Shown: positions 31,967-42,393 of the stretch, piece by piece | How positions within the stretch are numbered: position 1 is the first letter of the stretch | How the letters are laid out: each line of letters begins with the position of its first letter | Source: Nitrosopumilaceae archaeon | GTDB taxonomy: Archaea > Thermoproteota > Nitrososphaeria > Nitrososphaerales > Nitrosopumilaceae | DNA: 64,000 nt | Direction of reading: 5' to 3' | NCBI GenBank assembly: GCA_965207375.1 | Contig: OZ242274.1 | Span: 1,856,001-1,920,000, forward strand | Notes under the pieces: generated by a model | What the model was told of the DNA's origin: nothing | The model's database searches: none | What the model saw: only the letters and a program-made list of their open reading frames with translations | Program-made: the position numbers and the translations under genes

Positions 31967-33580
31967 GTGAATTCTAATCATAAAATCGAGGTTAGTGGAC
32001 AGGCACCATTCAAGCAGACAGGAGTGTACGAGGTACAGATACTAGTTTCCTCCAAAAAGCCGTCTGAGGAGTCTATCCCTAAACGCAGTTTTGATGCATT
32101 GTGGAAGGATACCTTTCATCTTAGGGTAAAGGATGGACAATTTACCCAGATGTTAGGAAGTGCATCAAACCCTATTCCAGATTCTGTTTCAAAAGTTTCT
32201 TCTATTTGGATAGTTGTAATTGATCAATTTTCTTCGTTACATTCTTCATTTGAGATTAAACTCTCAAAATCTGACCCTCCCAAGATTACAAAAAGACAAG
32301 AGGTGCAAAAATCAAAGACGACACAGTCTACTAATCATACGGATTCAGATAGGACTCGAGGTGGCAAGGATGAAACTAGTTCGTATGGGCTACGGGGAAG
32401 CCGAGGTCTGCAGGGGCCGCCAGGTGACAAGGGACCAATGGGCCCTGTAGGAGTTGCAGGTGACAAGGGACCAATGGGCCCTGTAGGAGTTGCAGGTGAC
32501 AAGGGACCACAAGGGGATAAAGGCACACAGGGAGATAAAGGTCTGACAGGGGAGAGAGGTCTCAGAGGTGACAAGGGAGTTACAGGTGACAAGGGCGATA
32601 AGGGAGATAAAGGTCCGACAGGTCAGCCCGGTGACAAAGGAGAGAGAGGTCCGACAGGTCAGCCCGGTGACAAAGGTCCTTCGGGTCTACGTGGAATTCA
32701 AGGTAACAAAGGGGATAAAGGATTAACAGGTCCGGTTGGAGATAAGGGTTCGATTGGTTTACGTGGCAGTGTAGGTCCGCTAGGTGACAAGGGGCCGCAT
32801 GGTCCGGTAGGGGAAAAAGGCCTAACAGGAGACAAGGGGCCGACAGGGGAGAAAGGTCAGACAGGTACCATAGGTCCGGTTGGAGAAAAAGGATTGCAAG
32901 GTCCGGTTGGAGAAAAAGGTCCCAAGGGGCCGCAGGGGCCGTTAGGTGATAAGGGACAACAAGGTCCGACAGGGCCGTTAGGTGATAAAGGATTAACAGG
33001 TCCGCAGGGGCCGCCAGGTGATAAAGGAATAGTAGGTCCCAAGGGGCCATTGGGAGAAAAAGGTACTACAGGGCCTGCAGGGACTGCAGGAGATAAGGGG
33101 CCGCAGGGGCCGCAGGGACCTGCAGGGGATAAGGGATTAACAGGAGTTCCAGGTCCGCATGGTGAAAAAGGAGAAAAAGGTCCGCAGGGGCCGCAGGGTG
33201 ACAAAGGTACTACAGGGCCGCCCGGTGCAGTAGGAGACAAGGGGCCGCAGGGGCCACAGGGGCCGCAGGGTGAGCGTGGGCCTCAGGGTGCAGCAGGAGA
33301 AAAAGGTCCGCAGGGGCCACAGGGAATTCAAGGACCACAAGGTGAGCGTGGACCACTAGGTCCTGAAGGTCCAAAAGGAGAGGCAGGCCCACGAGGTCAA
33401 CAAGGTCCAGTAGGTCCAGCAGGTCCTGCAGGTCCACCGGGGCCGCCAGGAGACAAGGGTTCATCCGGCAATATGTCTGATGCCCAAAAGGCACTGTTCA
33501 AAGAATTGCTAGAGCTTTTGACTGAAAAAAATGTAATTACTACCGAAGAGCAGATCAGACTGATGAGTAATCTCTACTAG
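31967..33580 (+). CDS. Collagen-like protein
   Basis: Roughly 120 consecutive Gly-X-Y triplets between globular N- and helical C-terminal segments. Confidence 0.93.
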   Translation: MNSNHKIEVSGQAPFKQTGVYEVQILVSSKKPSEESIPKRSFDALWKDTFHLRVKDGQFTQMLGSASNPIPDSVSKVSSIWIVVIDQFSSLHSSFEIKLSKSDPPKITKRQEVQKSKTTQSTNHTDSDRTRGGKDETSSYGLRGSRGLQGPPGDKGPMGPVGVAGDKGPMGPVGVAGDKGPQGDKGTQGDKGLTGERGLRGDKGVTGDKGDKGDKGPTGQPGDKGERGPTGQPGDKGPSGLRGIQGNKGDKGLTGPVGDKGSIGLRGSVGPLGDKGPHGPVGEKGLTGDKGPTGEKGQTGTIGPVGEKGLQGPVGEKGPKGPQGPLGDKGQQGPTGPLGDKGLTGPQGPPGDKGIVGPKGPLGEKGTTGPAGTAGDKGPQGPQGPAGDKGLTGVPGPHGEKGEKGPQGPQGDKGTTGPPGAVGDKGPQGPQGPQGERGPQGAAGEKGPQGPQGIQGPQGERGPLGPEGPKGEAGPRGQQGPVGPAGPAGPPGPPGDKGSSGNMSDAQKALFKELLELLTEKNVITTEEQIRLMSNLY

Positions 33581-33600
33581 TAACCTTTTCAAGTACCTAG

Positions 33601-33903
33601 TTGTACTTTACTAGTATGAGTGAAAATAAAGAAAAAATAGAATTTGAAATTCAAGACTACAAGCGCATTGAAAACGAATATGTTTCGTTTAGACTAGAGG
33701 ATGGAACCATTGTCAAAGTAAAGGTGGATTTGGACAGAGTAGGCAAGGCCACTAATTACAAAAATCCCGACGGGACTCCACACTATGCAATCAACACTGC
33801 AATAAAACTTTCAATTCTTCCGGCAGAAAAAAAATTCACTGTTGAAAAAAATTCGTTAAAAAATAACAGTCAAAAATCTCCGCCGGGACAAATGTTTAGT
33901 TAA
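33601..33903 (+). CDS. Hypothetical protein
   Basis: 100-aa ORF with LEDGT and DGTP beta-hairpin motifs. Confidence 0.75.
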   Translation: MYFTSMSENKEKIEFEIQDYKRIENEYVSFRLEDGTIVKVKVDLDRVGKATNYKNPDGTPHYAINTAIKLSILPAEKKFTVEKNSLKNNSQKSPPGQMFS

Positions 33904-33972
33904 TTTTAAGAAATTAGAAAAAGGTAAACGAATCGTCTTTGATTGACGATTGTTAGTTTAAAGTCGATTTTA

Positions 33973-34308
33973 TTATCGTCTTCGTTTTGCTGTTTTTCTC
34001 TTAGGAGCTGCCTTTCTTTTTGGAGCGGCTTTTCTCTTAGGAGCTGCCTTTTTGGCTGCAGTCTTTTTTGCTGTTTTTCTCTTAGGAGCTGCCTTTCTTT
34101 TTGGAGCGGCTTTTCTCTTAGGAGCTGCCTTTTTGGCTGCAGTCTTTTTTGCTGTTTTTCTCTTAGGAGCTGCCTTTCTTTTTGGAGCGGCTTTTCTCTT
34201 AGGAGCTGCCTTTTTGGCTGCAGTCTTTTTTGCTGTTTTTCTCTTAGGAGCTGCCTTTCTTTTTGGAGCGGCTTTTCTCTTAGGAGCTGCTTTTCTTTTT
34301 GTTGCCAT
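33973..34308 (-). CDS. Histone H1-like Lys/Ala/Arg/Pro-rich basic protein
   Basis: MATKRKAAP... made almost wholly of KRKAAP and KKTAAKK repeats. Confidence 0.85.
   Translation of the reverse strand: MATKRKAAPKRKAAPKRKAAPKRKTAKKTAAKKAAPKRKAAPKRKAAPKRKTAKKTAAKKAAPKRKAAPKRKAAPKRKTAKKTAAKKAAPKRKAAPKRKAAPKRKTAKRRR
33989..34295 (-). repeat. 81-bp perfect tandem repeat (about 3.7 copies) with nested 18-bp subrepeats
   Basis: Unit starting GCTGTTTTTCTCTTAGGAGCTGCC recurs at about 33989, 34070, 34151 and 34232. Confidence 0.93.
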
Positions 34309-34425
34309 TAACAAACCGACAATTTCATTGCTTTTCAGTAGCTAAACTAAAAAAAATTACACAAACTGATAACTAATTGTAAACGAAATTGTAACAAAAA
34401 AATTTTATTTCTGATCGTAAATTGA

Positions 34426-34602
34426 TCAATAGACACTTTCAGAGGACGGTCTTTTGCCCTGAAACCAACTAATATTGTTACAAATTGTGCACCTATACCT
34501 TCTTCTACGTTTGTAAGTTGCCATTTTTGCAATAAAAACAAGCTCCTGTCTTGTCTTTGCTATGCAAAAACTGCACCATCTGTATTCAAATTCTTGATCC
34601 AT
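34426..34602 (-). CDS. Small basic zinc-ribbon protein (58 aa, not in ORF track)
   Basis: Manual translation MDQEFEYRWCSFCIAKTRQELVFIAKMATYKRRRRYRCTICNNISWFQGKRPSSESVY; two CxxC motifs. Confidence 0.75.
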   Translation of the reverse strand: MDQEFEYRWCSFCIAKTRQELVFIAKMATYKRRRRYRCTICNNISWFQGKRPSSESVY

Positions 34603-34624
34603 GTTGATCCTTGTTTTGATAAAA

Positions 34625-35734
34625 TCAAACTCCTTTTACCTTAATTATTGTCAAAACATCCTCGTCTTGCATGATGTGGTTGAGTCCCACCCTTTGACCT
34701 CCAAACTTTACGCTGTTTCCCCAGACCAGGCCGTATCTGAACTGTTTTCTCATTTTTCTATGAAGCTTGTTGCAAATGTCTTCAACTGTATCACCATCTC
34801 TTGCAATTAACGGTTCTTTAAAATCAGTTTGTCCACCCTTAGGTCTCATGTATATCCTAATGAAACTAAGTTTTTCGTAGATTTTTTCTTTTAGCAATTC
34901 AATGTTGATGTCTGCATTAGCTGAGACCTCAATTACATCTGATTTTATTTTTGTTTTCAAATCTTGTCTGAAATCTTCATCGACTAGATCAATTTTGTTA
35001 AGAATCGTAAGCGATTTTGAATAACTAATGTTTCCTGCAATGTGATCAGCTAGTTGCTCTGAAGTTAAATCCTCACGAACCACAACTCTTGCACTAGTCA
35101 TTCCATAGATATGCAAAATGTCCTTAAGATGTTTTTCTGTAATTTTTGTAAGTTTGACTTGCTGAGCAATTGCAATACCGCCCATGGCAGATTTTTCAAT
35201 TGTAATATTTGGCGGTAGTTGATTTAATCTTATTCCAATTCCTCCAAGTTCGTTTGTTAGAACATCTTCATGATACGGTTGGAACACGTCTAGTACAAGC
35301 AGAACTAAATCAGCACTTCTTGCAACAGAAAGAATTCTTTTTCCAAGTCCTTTTCCTGTTGATGCCCCCTTTATAATTCCCGGAAGATCTAAAACCTGAA
35401 TTTTTGCACCACGATAATCCATCATGCCGGGAACTACTGTCAGGGTAGTAAACTGGTATGCCCCTACCTCTGATTTGGCTCCGGTTAATTTGTTAAGTAA
35501 TGTGGATTTTCCAACACTTGGAAGACCAATAAACACAACTGTTGCATCGCCGGAACGCCGGACGTCGAACCCGTCGGATTTTATTCCACTTTTTTTTGCA
35601 ACATTGTCCTCTTGCTCGCGTTTTAATTTTGCAATTTTTGCTTTTAGTAATCCCAAATGATGTTCTGTAGCTTTGTTAATCTGAGTCTTTGCCATCTCAT
35701 CTTCAATGGCTTTGATTTTTTCGGGAATTCCCAT
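34625..35734 (-). CDS. DRG/OBG-family GTP-binding protein with TGS domain
   Basis: NKATEHH, GLPSVGKS, DLPG, NKID. Confidence 0.95.
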   Translation of the reverse strand: MGIPEKIKAIEDEMAKTQINKATEHHLGLLKAKIAKLKREQEDNVAKKSGIKSDGFDVRRSGDATVVFIGLPSVGKSTLLNKLTGAKSEVGAYQFTTLTVVPGMMDYRGAKIQVLDLPGIIKGASTGKGLGKRILSVARSADLVLLVLDVFQPYHEDVLTNELGGIGIRLNQLPPNITIEKSAMGGIAIAQQVKLTKITEKHLKDILHIYGMTSARVVVREDLTSEQLADHIAGNISYSKSLTILNKIDLVDEDFRQDLKTKIKSDVIEVSANADINIELLKEKIYEKLSFIRIYMRPKGGQTDFKEPLIARDGDTVEDICNKLHRKMRKQFRYGLVWGNSVKFGGQRVGLNHIMQDEDVLTIIKVKGV

Positions 35735-35895
35735 TTATCTCATCAAAGGTTTTGTCCTTTCAAATAATATCTTATTGCTTCTAAACTGTGATTTCTTAAA
35801 ATAATTTTCAGATTTATTGACGTGTTTTAACAATCTCATTTGATGATTTTGCTAGTATTGGTAGGAAATATTATCAGGTTAAATTACTGGATTTT

Positions 35896-36591
35896 GTGAA
35901 ATTAAAGACGTTTGCAGTAGATATTGACGGTACAATTACAGAAAATGGGGGAGGTCGCATTCATTTAGAGGCAGTGTCTGCCTTGCGACATTTAAAAAAC
36001 CAGGGACACAATATTGTTTTTGTGACCGGAAGATCGTCTGTTGAAGGATATTTGCTTTCAATATTTGGAGGTACAGGCAACATTGCAGTTGGAGAAAACG
36101 GAGGCTGCATTACATTTGGAAATCATGAGCACAAATTACTTGGCAACATAGATCAGTGTAAAAATGCGTTGAATTTGTTAAGATCGAAAATTGGCAATGT
36201 CAAAGAAAAGGCAGTGTTTCCACGTATGACAGAGGTGGTTTTAGAACGCACATTTGACATAGAACAGGCCAAAAACATTGTTTCTGAGAAAAGCCTGATG
36301 GTGGAATTATCAGATAGTCAGTATGCATTTCATATTAATTCTAGTGGAATAGATAAAGGATACGGATTTAGAGAGGCTATGAATATGCTATCGGTTGATT
36401 CGTCTGATGTTATTGCAATTGGCGACAGCAGTACAGATATTCCACTGTTCAATGTAGCAAAGACTAGTATCGCACTAGGAAATGCATTTGAGGATGTAAA
36501 GTCACATGCTACTATAACAGTTACAGGAAAGGCAGGCGAGGGGGTCATCGAGGCATTGAATTTACTTGCCCCTAAATCATTTGAGGTATAA
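35896..36591 (+). CDS. HAD phosphoglycolate phosphatase (Cof/SPP-like)
   Basis: DIDGT, TGR, ENGG, GDSSTD. Confidence 0.88.
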   Translation: MKLKTFAVDIDGTITENGGGRIHLEAVSALRHLKNQGHNIVFVTGRSSVEGYLLSIFGGTGNIAVGENGGCITFGNHEHKLLGNIDQCKNALNLLRSKIGNVKEKAVFPRMTEVVLERTFDIEQAKNIVSEKSLMVELSDSQYAFHINSSGIDKGYGFREAMNMLSVDSSDVIAIGDSSTDIPLFNVAKTSIALGNAFEDVKSHATITVTGKAGEGVIEALNLLAPKSFEV

Positions 36592-36592
36592 A

Positions 36593-38473
36593 ATGACATT
36601 TAGTTTACTTTTAGATGAAATCAAGGTCAACATCTCAAAAATTTTATCCGAATTAAAGATGTCTGATGTAAATTATACTGTGGAACCTGCAAGGCCAGGT
36701 TTTGGAGATGTTACGTGTAATGTGTCGTTTTTGCTTTCAAAACACCTCAAAAAGACACCATTGGAAATTGCAAAAATCATCTCTGGAAAATATTCAAAGG
36801 ATCTTGGCAAATATGTGTCAGTGGTAAACGCACATCCTTCAGGATATCTAAATTTTGAGGCAAACATGAAGATACTAAATAAGATAATCATCGAAGATTC
36901 GATAAAGGAAAATTACGGTTGTGTAGATATAGGACATACATCACGAGTAATAGTAGAACATACTAGTGTGAATCCAAACAAGGCGTTGCACATAGGTCAT
37001 GTACGCAACATCGTGATAGGAGATACGGTCTCTAGAATTCTACGTAAGGCAAACTATGATGTTGCTGTTCTCAACTATATTGATGATTCAGGATTACAGG
37101 TAGCCGATATTGTTTTAGGATTTAAAAAGCTCGGATTTTCAACAGAGCCGCCGGGCAACACCAAATTTGATCATTATTGTGGAGATAAAGTGTATGTAAA
37201 AACGACGCAAGAATATGACAAACATCCCGAATTGAAAAATGTCAGAAACGACATACTACGGGATATTGAGGAGGGTACATCTGATACTGCCAAATTTGCC
37301 GATTCTGTAACAAAGCGTGTTTTACAGGCACAGCTACAGACATGTTGGAATCTTTCTGTAACTTATGACTGCCTAAACTATGAATCACAGATAGTTAGGT
37401 CTGGTCTGTGGAGTGACATATTTGAAAAACTAAAGGACATGAATTTGATCGAGTTTGAAAAAGATGGCGATAATGCAGGATGTTGGGTAATCAGGGGAGA
37501 TAAAGAAAAAGACAAGGTGATCGTAAGAAGTAATGGTACTGCAACATACATTGCAAAAGATATCCCCTATGCTGCATGGAAGCTGAGCCTAGTTGATGAT
37601 CCATTTTATTACGAACAGTACAAAAATGCAGAGTTTAACACAAGACATCTTTGGAGTACCACGTTACAAGATACTGGAATAAAAAAAGACTTTACAGGAG
37701 ACAAGGTGATTACAGTCATTGATTCTAGACAAAGCAATCTTCAAAAAATCATAACCAGCATTATGGGAAAATTCAAATCATCGGCTGATGCATACATACA
37801 TCTAGGGTATGAATCAGTTACATTAAGTTCAGATACTGCGCGCGTACTTGGAATAAAGACAGAAGGTAAACAGACACAGATGTCTGGAAGAAGTGGGCTA
37901 TATGTAAATGCAGATTCTGTTTTTGAAATGCTAATTGAAAAATCTGCAACTGAGACGAAAAGACGCAATCCGGATTTGAATGAAAAACAAATTCTCGAAA
38001 TTGCAAAGATCGTGTCTGTGGGAACGTTGCGTTATGAAATGATAAAACAGGATTTAGACAAGATTATTAATTTTGATCTTGTCAAGTCTCTAAGTTTGGA
38101 AGGCGATACTGCTCCATATATCCAGTACACGCATGCCAGAGCATCTAGAATTATTGAAAAATCAGTCATGACTCCAAATATGGATGCGCATTATGAATTG
38201 CTAAATAACGAATATGAAAAAAACCTCATAAAGCACATAGGATTGTTTGAAAATGCAGTGGGAGATTCTGCCCGTAATTTATCTCCAAAGGTCATCGCCC
38301 GATATTGCCACGATCTAGCAGTTATCTTTAACTCCTTTTACGAGCATGTCAAGGTTTTAGATTCTGAGGATTCAGAACTAGTCAACGCTAGGATGTGTCT
38401 TGTTTTATCCTGTAAAACTACACTAAAAAACGCATTATCCATGTTAGGAATTGATGCACCATCTAGAATGTAG
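36593..38473 (+). CDS. argS: Arginine--tRNA ligase
   Basis: EHTSVNPNKALHIGH, MSGRSG, YIQYTHAR, RM terminus. Confidence 0.96.
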   Translation: MTFSLLLDEIKVNISKILSELKMSDVNYTVEPARPGFGDVTCNVSFLLSKHLKKTPLEIAKIISGKYSKDLGKYVSVVNAHPSGYLNFEANMKILNKIIIEDSIKENYGCVDIGHTSRVIVEHTSVNPNKALHIGHVRNIVIGDTVSRILRKANYDVAVLNYIDDSGLQVADIVLGFKKLGFSTEPPGNTKFDHYCGDKVYVKTTQEYDKHPELKNVRNDILRDIEEGTSDTAKFADSVTKRVLQAQLQTCWNLSVTYDCLNYESQIVRSGLWSDIFEKLKDMNLIEFEKDGDNAGCWVIRGDKEKDKVIVRSNGTATYIAKDIPYAAWKLSLVDDPFYYEQYKNAEFNTRHLWSTTLQDTGIKKDFTGDKVITVIDSRQSNLQKIITSIMGKFKSSADAYIHLGYESVTLSSDTARVLGIKTEGKQTQMSGRSGLYVNADSVFEMLIEKSATETKRRNPDLNEKQILEIAKIVSVGTLRYEMIKQDLDKIINFDLVKSLSLEGDTAPYIQYTHARASRIIEKSVMTPNMDAHYELLNNEYEKNLIKHIGLFENAVGDSARNLSPKVIARYCHDLAVIFNSFYEHVKVLDSEDSELVNARMCLVLSCKTTLKNALSMLGIDAPSRM

Positions 38474-38599
38474 TCAAGCAAAAAACAGATTATGATTCTA
38501 GTCGCATCAGATGTAAAGTACAAGTATGATATTATCGTGTTAGGTTAGATTGCCTTTAGCACATAGGATACGGATTGATTTGGAACTGACTATGAGTCA

Positions 38600-39175
38600 A
38601 TGGTGGACAAATTAAATGCATATATTTTACCAATTTCAATATACAGTGTGACAATAACTGCATTGATAATATTGGAGGGAATTGTTCAAGGAGTAGGTCT
38701 ACGATATGCGGTCAGATACAAGGCAAGACGACATAATCTTGCAGGATATGTAAAAAACCACGATAATGGTACCGTGGAGATCTCTTGCAGTGGTAAAAGA
38801 ACCGACATGGACGGATTCATACAAGACATAAAGGAATTGGCAGAACCAATTATAATTGACAATGTTAACACGAGCTATTCTGAAATTCAAAAGCATTCTG
38901 GTACATTTAAGATAGTGACAGGAGATCAGGTAGATGAGATGGTAGAGGGTTTTTCTACAGGTTTTATGTATCTGGAAAAACTGAACCAAAAGCAAGATGT
39001 AATGATTGAGAAACAAGATGTAATGATTGAGAAACAAGATGTAATGATTGAGAAACAAAAAGAAACAGTAAAGGAGATTCGTGATCTTTCTTCAAACATT
39101 CATGATACACTTGACTCTAGATTCGAAAGGATTGAAAGTGAGATATCTGAAATAAAGACAAAGATCAACATATGA
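38600..39175 (+). CDS. Acylphosphatase domain with C-terminal heptad-repeat coiled coil
   Basis: GIVQGVGLR, GYVKN..GTVE; KQDVMIE x3; true start may be GTG at 38648. Confidence 0.85.
   Translation: MVDKLNAYILPISIYSVTITALIILEGIVQGVGLRYAVRYKARRHNLAGYVKNHDNGTVEISCSGKRTDMDGFIQDIKELAEPIIIDNVNTSYSEIQKHSGTFKIVTGDQVDEMVEGFSTGFMYLEKLNQKQDVMIEKQDVMIEKQDVMIEKQKETVKEIRDLSSNIHDTLDSRFERIESEISEIKTKINI
38993..39058 (+). repeat. 21-bp perfect tandem repeat x3
   Basis: CAAGATGTAATGATTGAGAAA x3. Confidence 0.95.
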
Positions 39176-39274
39176 AAATATGTTTATTGTATTTGTGTGA
39201 CTAAATTCTGAATAACTTTTTTCCAAGAGGCCATAATCAGTAGGTTATTATCTAAAATGTTTTGACAAATATTT

Positions 39275-40063
39275 GTGACTAGAATCAAAAGAAATTCCCA
39301 AGTGTTATTTTATTATAACAATTCAAAAAAATGGCTTGTCAAAGTATCTACAAAGGAGGAACTGCACACCCACATAGGTGTTATCAAACATCGCGATGCA
39401 ATAGGAAAGGAATACGGTTCTAGAATATTTACAAACAAAGACAAGTATGTCTACCTACTAGAGCCTACGATTCATGATTACATAATGAAACTACAACATG
39501 GGACACAGATTGTTTATCCTAAAGAGTTAGGATATATTGTCTCACGTGCAGGAATCCAAAACGGTCAAAAAATTGTAGAGATAGGTACAGGAAGTGGTTC
39601 GCTGACTAGTTTTGTTGCAGGCATTGTAAAGCCGAGGGGACACGTGTATACCTTTGATGTTGATTCTAAGTTTATGAAAATTGCCGAAAAAAATATTGCA
39701 AGGGCAGGACTGTCAAAATATGTTACACAAAAGAAACTAGATCTTAAAACCTCCAAGTCGATTCCAGTCAAGGAGGCAGATGTCGCACTAGTGGATTTAG
39801 GTGACCCTTGGACTGTAATTCCCAAAATTCGTCAGATGTTAAAGGGTAGCGGTGCAGTGTTTGCAGTATGTCCAACAATGAATCAGTTGGAAAAACTAAC
39901 AGTAGAGCTAAAACAAAACGAATTTACAGATATTGAATCTACAGAGTTAATTCTCAGAAATATCGAGGCACGTGAGGGAAAAACACGTCATTCCTTTCAG
40001 GGCATAGGACATACAACCTATCTATGCTTTGCCCGTAAGGCGTTTTTTGATGAAAGGCCTTAG
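39275..40063 (+). CDS. trmI: tRNA (adenine-N1)-methyltransferase
   Basis: TQIVYPK, EIGTGSGS, DLGDPW, GHTTYL. Confidence 0.92.
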   Translation: MTRIKRNSQVLFYYNNSKKWLVKVSTKEELHTHIGVIKHRDAIGKEYGSRIFTNKDKYVYLLEPTIHDYIMKLQHGTQIVYPKELGYIVSRAGIQNGQKIVEIGTGSGSLTSFVAGIVKPRGHVYTFDVDSKFMKIAEKNIARAGLSKYVTQKKLDLKTSKSIPVKEADVALVDLGDPWTVIPKIRQMLKGSGAVFAVCPTMNQLEKLTVELKQNEFTDIESTELILRNIEAREGKTRHSFQGIGHTTYLCFARKAFFDERP

Positions 40064-40110
40064 GAAAAAAATCCAAATAAGATTTATTCTGCAAGATATG
40101 CTAAAACATA

Positions 40111-40974
40111 TTGAAAAATATCAGTATGACTCCTACATTAGCCAAAAAATTCATTCCTGCCAGAAGTCAAGATTCGCGCAAGGGAGAAAACGGAATTGTG
40201 TTGATTGTGGGGGGCAGTCACATATATCATGGTGCACCTGTTTTATCCTCATTGGCTGCTTTGCGCGGAGGCACCGACCTAGTCTATACAGCAGTACCTA
40301 AAATTCATGCGAGTGCAACGCGGGCCATTTCTCCGAGTTTGATAGTTCTTCCCATAGTTGATCAGAAATTGACTCGTGGTTCGGTGACAAAGCTGCTTGG
40401 ATTAGTACCCAAAAATCTTGATTCAGCAGCTATTGGAATGGGTCTAGCAATACAAGAGATAGGAGCATTGAAAAATTTAATCAAATCTCTTTTGGATTGC
40501 GACGTGCGTTTGTCATTGGATGCAGGTGCACTAGTAGGTGATGTTTTGCCCCTATTGAAGAACAAAAATGTGATAGTTACTCCACATGCAGGCGAATTTA
40601 AAAGATTGTTTGGACAAAGCCTGCCTGAAAGTCCTAAACAGAGGATACACCTGACTGAAAAAATGGCAACAAGGTACGGAATTACGATTTTGCTCAAAGG
40701 CACAATTGATGTCATAACCGATGGAAAATCTACATATCTTTACTCCAAAAAAACTCCAGCAATGACTGTAGGTGGAACAGGTGATGTATTATCGGGACTA
40801 GTTGCAGCAATGTTGGCAAAAAATCGCAAGCCTCTAGAATCGGCAGCAGCAGCTGCTTTTATCAACGGTACCGCAGGTAAAAGAGCCCAGAAAAAATTCG
40901 GCCTACACATGACTCCGATGGATCTGATACCAGAAATTGTAAATACATTAAAACCATTTGATATTATAAAATGA
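40111..40974 (+). CDS. nnrD: ADP-dependent NAD(P)H-hydrate dehydratase
   Basis: KGENG, GGS..YHGAP, TPHAGEF, GGTGDVLSG. Confidence 0.92.
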   Translation: MKNISMTPTLAKKFIPARSQDSRKGENGIVLIVGGSHIYHGAPVLSSLAALRGGTDLVYTAVPKIHASATRAISPSLIVLPIVDQKLTRGSVTKLLGLVPKNLDSAAIGMGLAIQEIGALKNLIKSLLDCDVRLSLDAGALVGDVLPLLKNKNVIVTPHAGEFKRLFGQSLPESPKQRIHLTEKMATRYGITILLKGTIDVITDGKSTYLYSKKTPAMTVGGTGDVLSGLVAAMLAKNRKPLESAAAAAFINGTAGKRAQKKFGLHMTPMDLIPEIVNTLKPFDIIK

Positions 40975-42329
40975 GAAAAATCCTCAAGCATGTCGATTCA
41001 GACATGAGCAGTCTGATTGGCAACCTTCAAGTGCTGATTCGACAACCTAGTGTTTCAGCTAAAAATGAAGGCATACAAGAATGTGCTAAAATAGTAAGCA
41101 AAATGCTGGACAATGCAGGGATACATTCGCAAATTTTGCATCTAGGCAAAAATGTCGCACCACTTGTTTATGGAGAGATAAAATCAAAGAGTAATCCAAA
41201 CAAAACCCTGCTTTTTTACAATCATTACGATGTCCAGCCTGTAGAGCCATTTGATTTGTGGGATGATCCTCCGTTTAGTGGCAAAATTAAAGGTAACAAG
41301 ATTTTTGGTCGCGGTGCAACCGATGACAAGGGCGAGCTTGTCACACGAATCAAGGCAGCAGAGGCGTTTCTCAAAGTTACAGGCGATGTTCCATGTAACA
41401 TCAAGTTTGTCATAGAGGGAGAAGAAGAAACAGGTAGCAAGCACATAGAACAGTACCTCAAAAAATACCAAAGTAAATTTTCATGCGATGGCATAATTTG
41501 GGAGTTTGGATATGTAGATTCCAAAAACAGACCAATCATAGGACTTGGAATGAAGGGACTCTTGTTTGTAGAGTTGTCAATAAAAGAATCGGTTCGTGAT
41601 GCTCATTCAAGTCTTGCAGTAATTATCAGAAATCCTGCATGGATGCTAGTTGATACAATCAATACATTGAGAAATTCAGACGGCAAAATACTGATCAAGG
41701 ATTGGTATAAGGAGACAAAACCGTTTACGAAAAAAGAACTTGAGTTAATTGACCTAGAACCATTTGATTCGGCGTCATTTAAAAAAGAATTTGGCATAAA
41801 GGAGTTCGTTGGAAAAAAGACAGGACATGATGCAAAAAAGGCGCTTGCAGGAGATGCAACCTGCAATATTGCAGGGTTTTATTCGGGATATACAGGACAG
41901 GGTGCAAAAACAGTACTACCAGGATCTGCTGCGGTAAAGATTGATTTTAGATTAATTCCAGGAATGATTCCAGACAGACAAGTGTCTAGACTAAAACAGC
42001 ATCTAAAGTCCAAGGGGTTTGGCGATGTCAAAATCAAAGTGTATCATGGAGAGGCTGCGGCCCGAACAAAATCCTCAGAGCCTCTTGTCAAATGTATAAA
42101 AGATGCTGCCGATGAAATCTTTGGAGAATCCATACTAAATGTCTCAAATGCAGGTACCGGACCCATGCATTCATTTGTCAATATACTTGGTGCGCCATGC
42201 GTCAGTTTTGGTAGCACCTACATGTTTTCCAGAATACACTCACCAAACGAGTTTGCCAGAATCGATCTGCTGCAAAAAACTACAAAGTCCATTTGTATCA
42301 TAATGGAGAATTTTTCCAAGCAGGCATAA
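40971..42329 (+). CDS. M20/M25/M40 family metallo-hydrolase
   Basis: HYDVQP, GRGATDDKG, EGEEE, HSPNE. Confidence 0.92.
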   Translation: MRKILKHVDSDMSSLIGNLQVLIRQPSVSAKNEGIQECAKIVSKMLDNAGIHSQILHLGKNVAPLVYGEIKSKSNPNKTLLFYNHYDVQPVEPFDLWDDPPFSGKIKGNKIFGRGATDDKGELVTRIKAAEAFLKVTGDVPCNIKFVIEGEEETGSKHIEQYLKKYQSKFSCDGIIWEFGYVDSKNRPIIGLGMKGLLFVELSIKESVRDAHSSLAVIIRNPAWMLVDTINTLRNSDGKILIKDWYKETKPFTKKELELIDLEPFDSASFKKEFGIKEFVGKKTGHDAKKALAGDATCNIAGFYSGYTGQGAKTVLPGSAAVKIDFRLIPGMIPDRQVSRLKQHLKSKGFGDVKIKVYHGEAAARTKSSEPLVKCIKDAADEIFGESILNVSNAGTGPMHSFVNILGAPCVSFGSTYMFSRIHSPNEFARIDLLQKTTKSICIIMENFSKQA

Positions 42330-42393
42330 GATCATAATTTTACTCAAAATTCCAGAGAAAGCCCTTTTATTATACTGCCAATTCACAACAAGT

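Noticed and set aside
32335-33494. Antisense and alternative-frame ORFs over collagen (also over smc, acs and the FN3 gene)
   Set aside because: Shadows of codon periodicity in well-supported genes.
33973-34314. Possible CRISPR-like array
   Set aside because: Units are contiguous with no unique spacers, have a period that is a multiple of 3 and encode a protein. The same applies to the 7784 and 38993 repeats.
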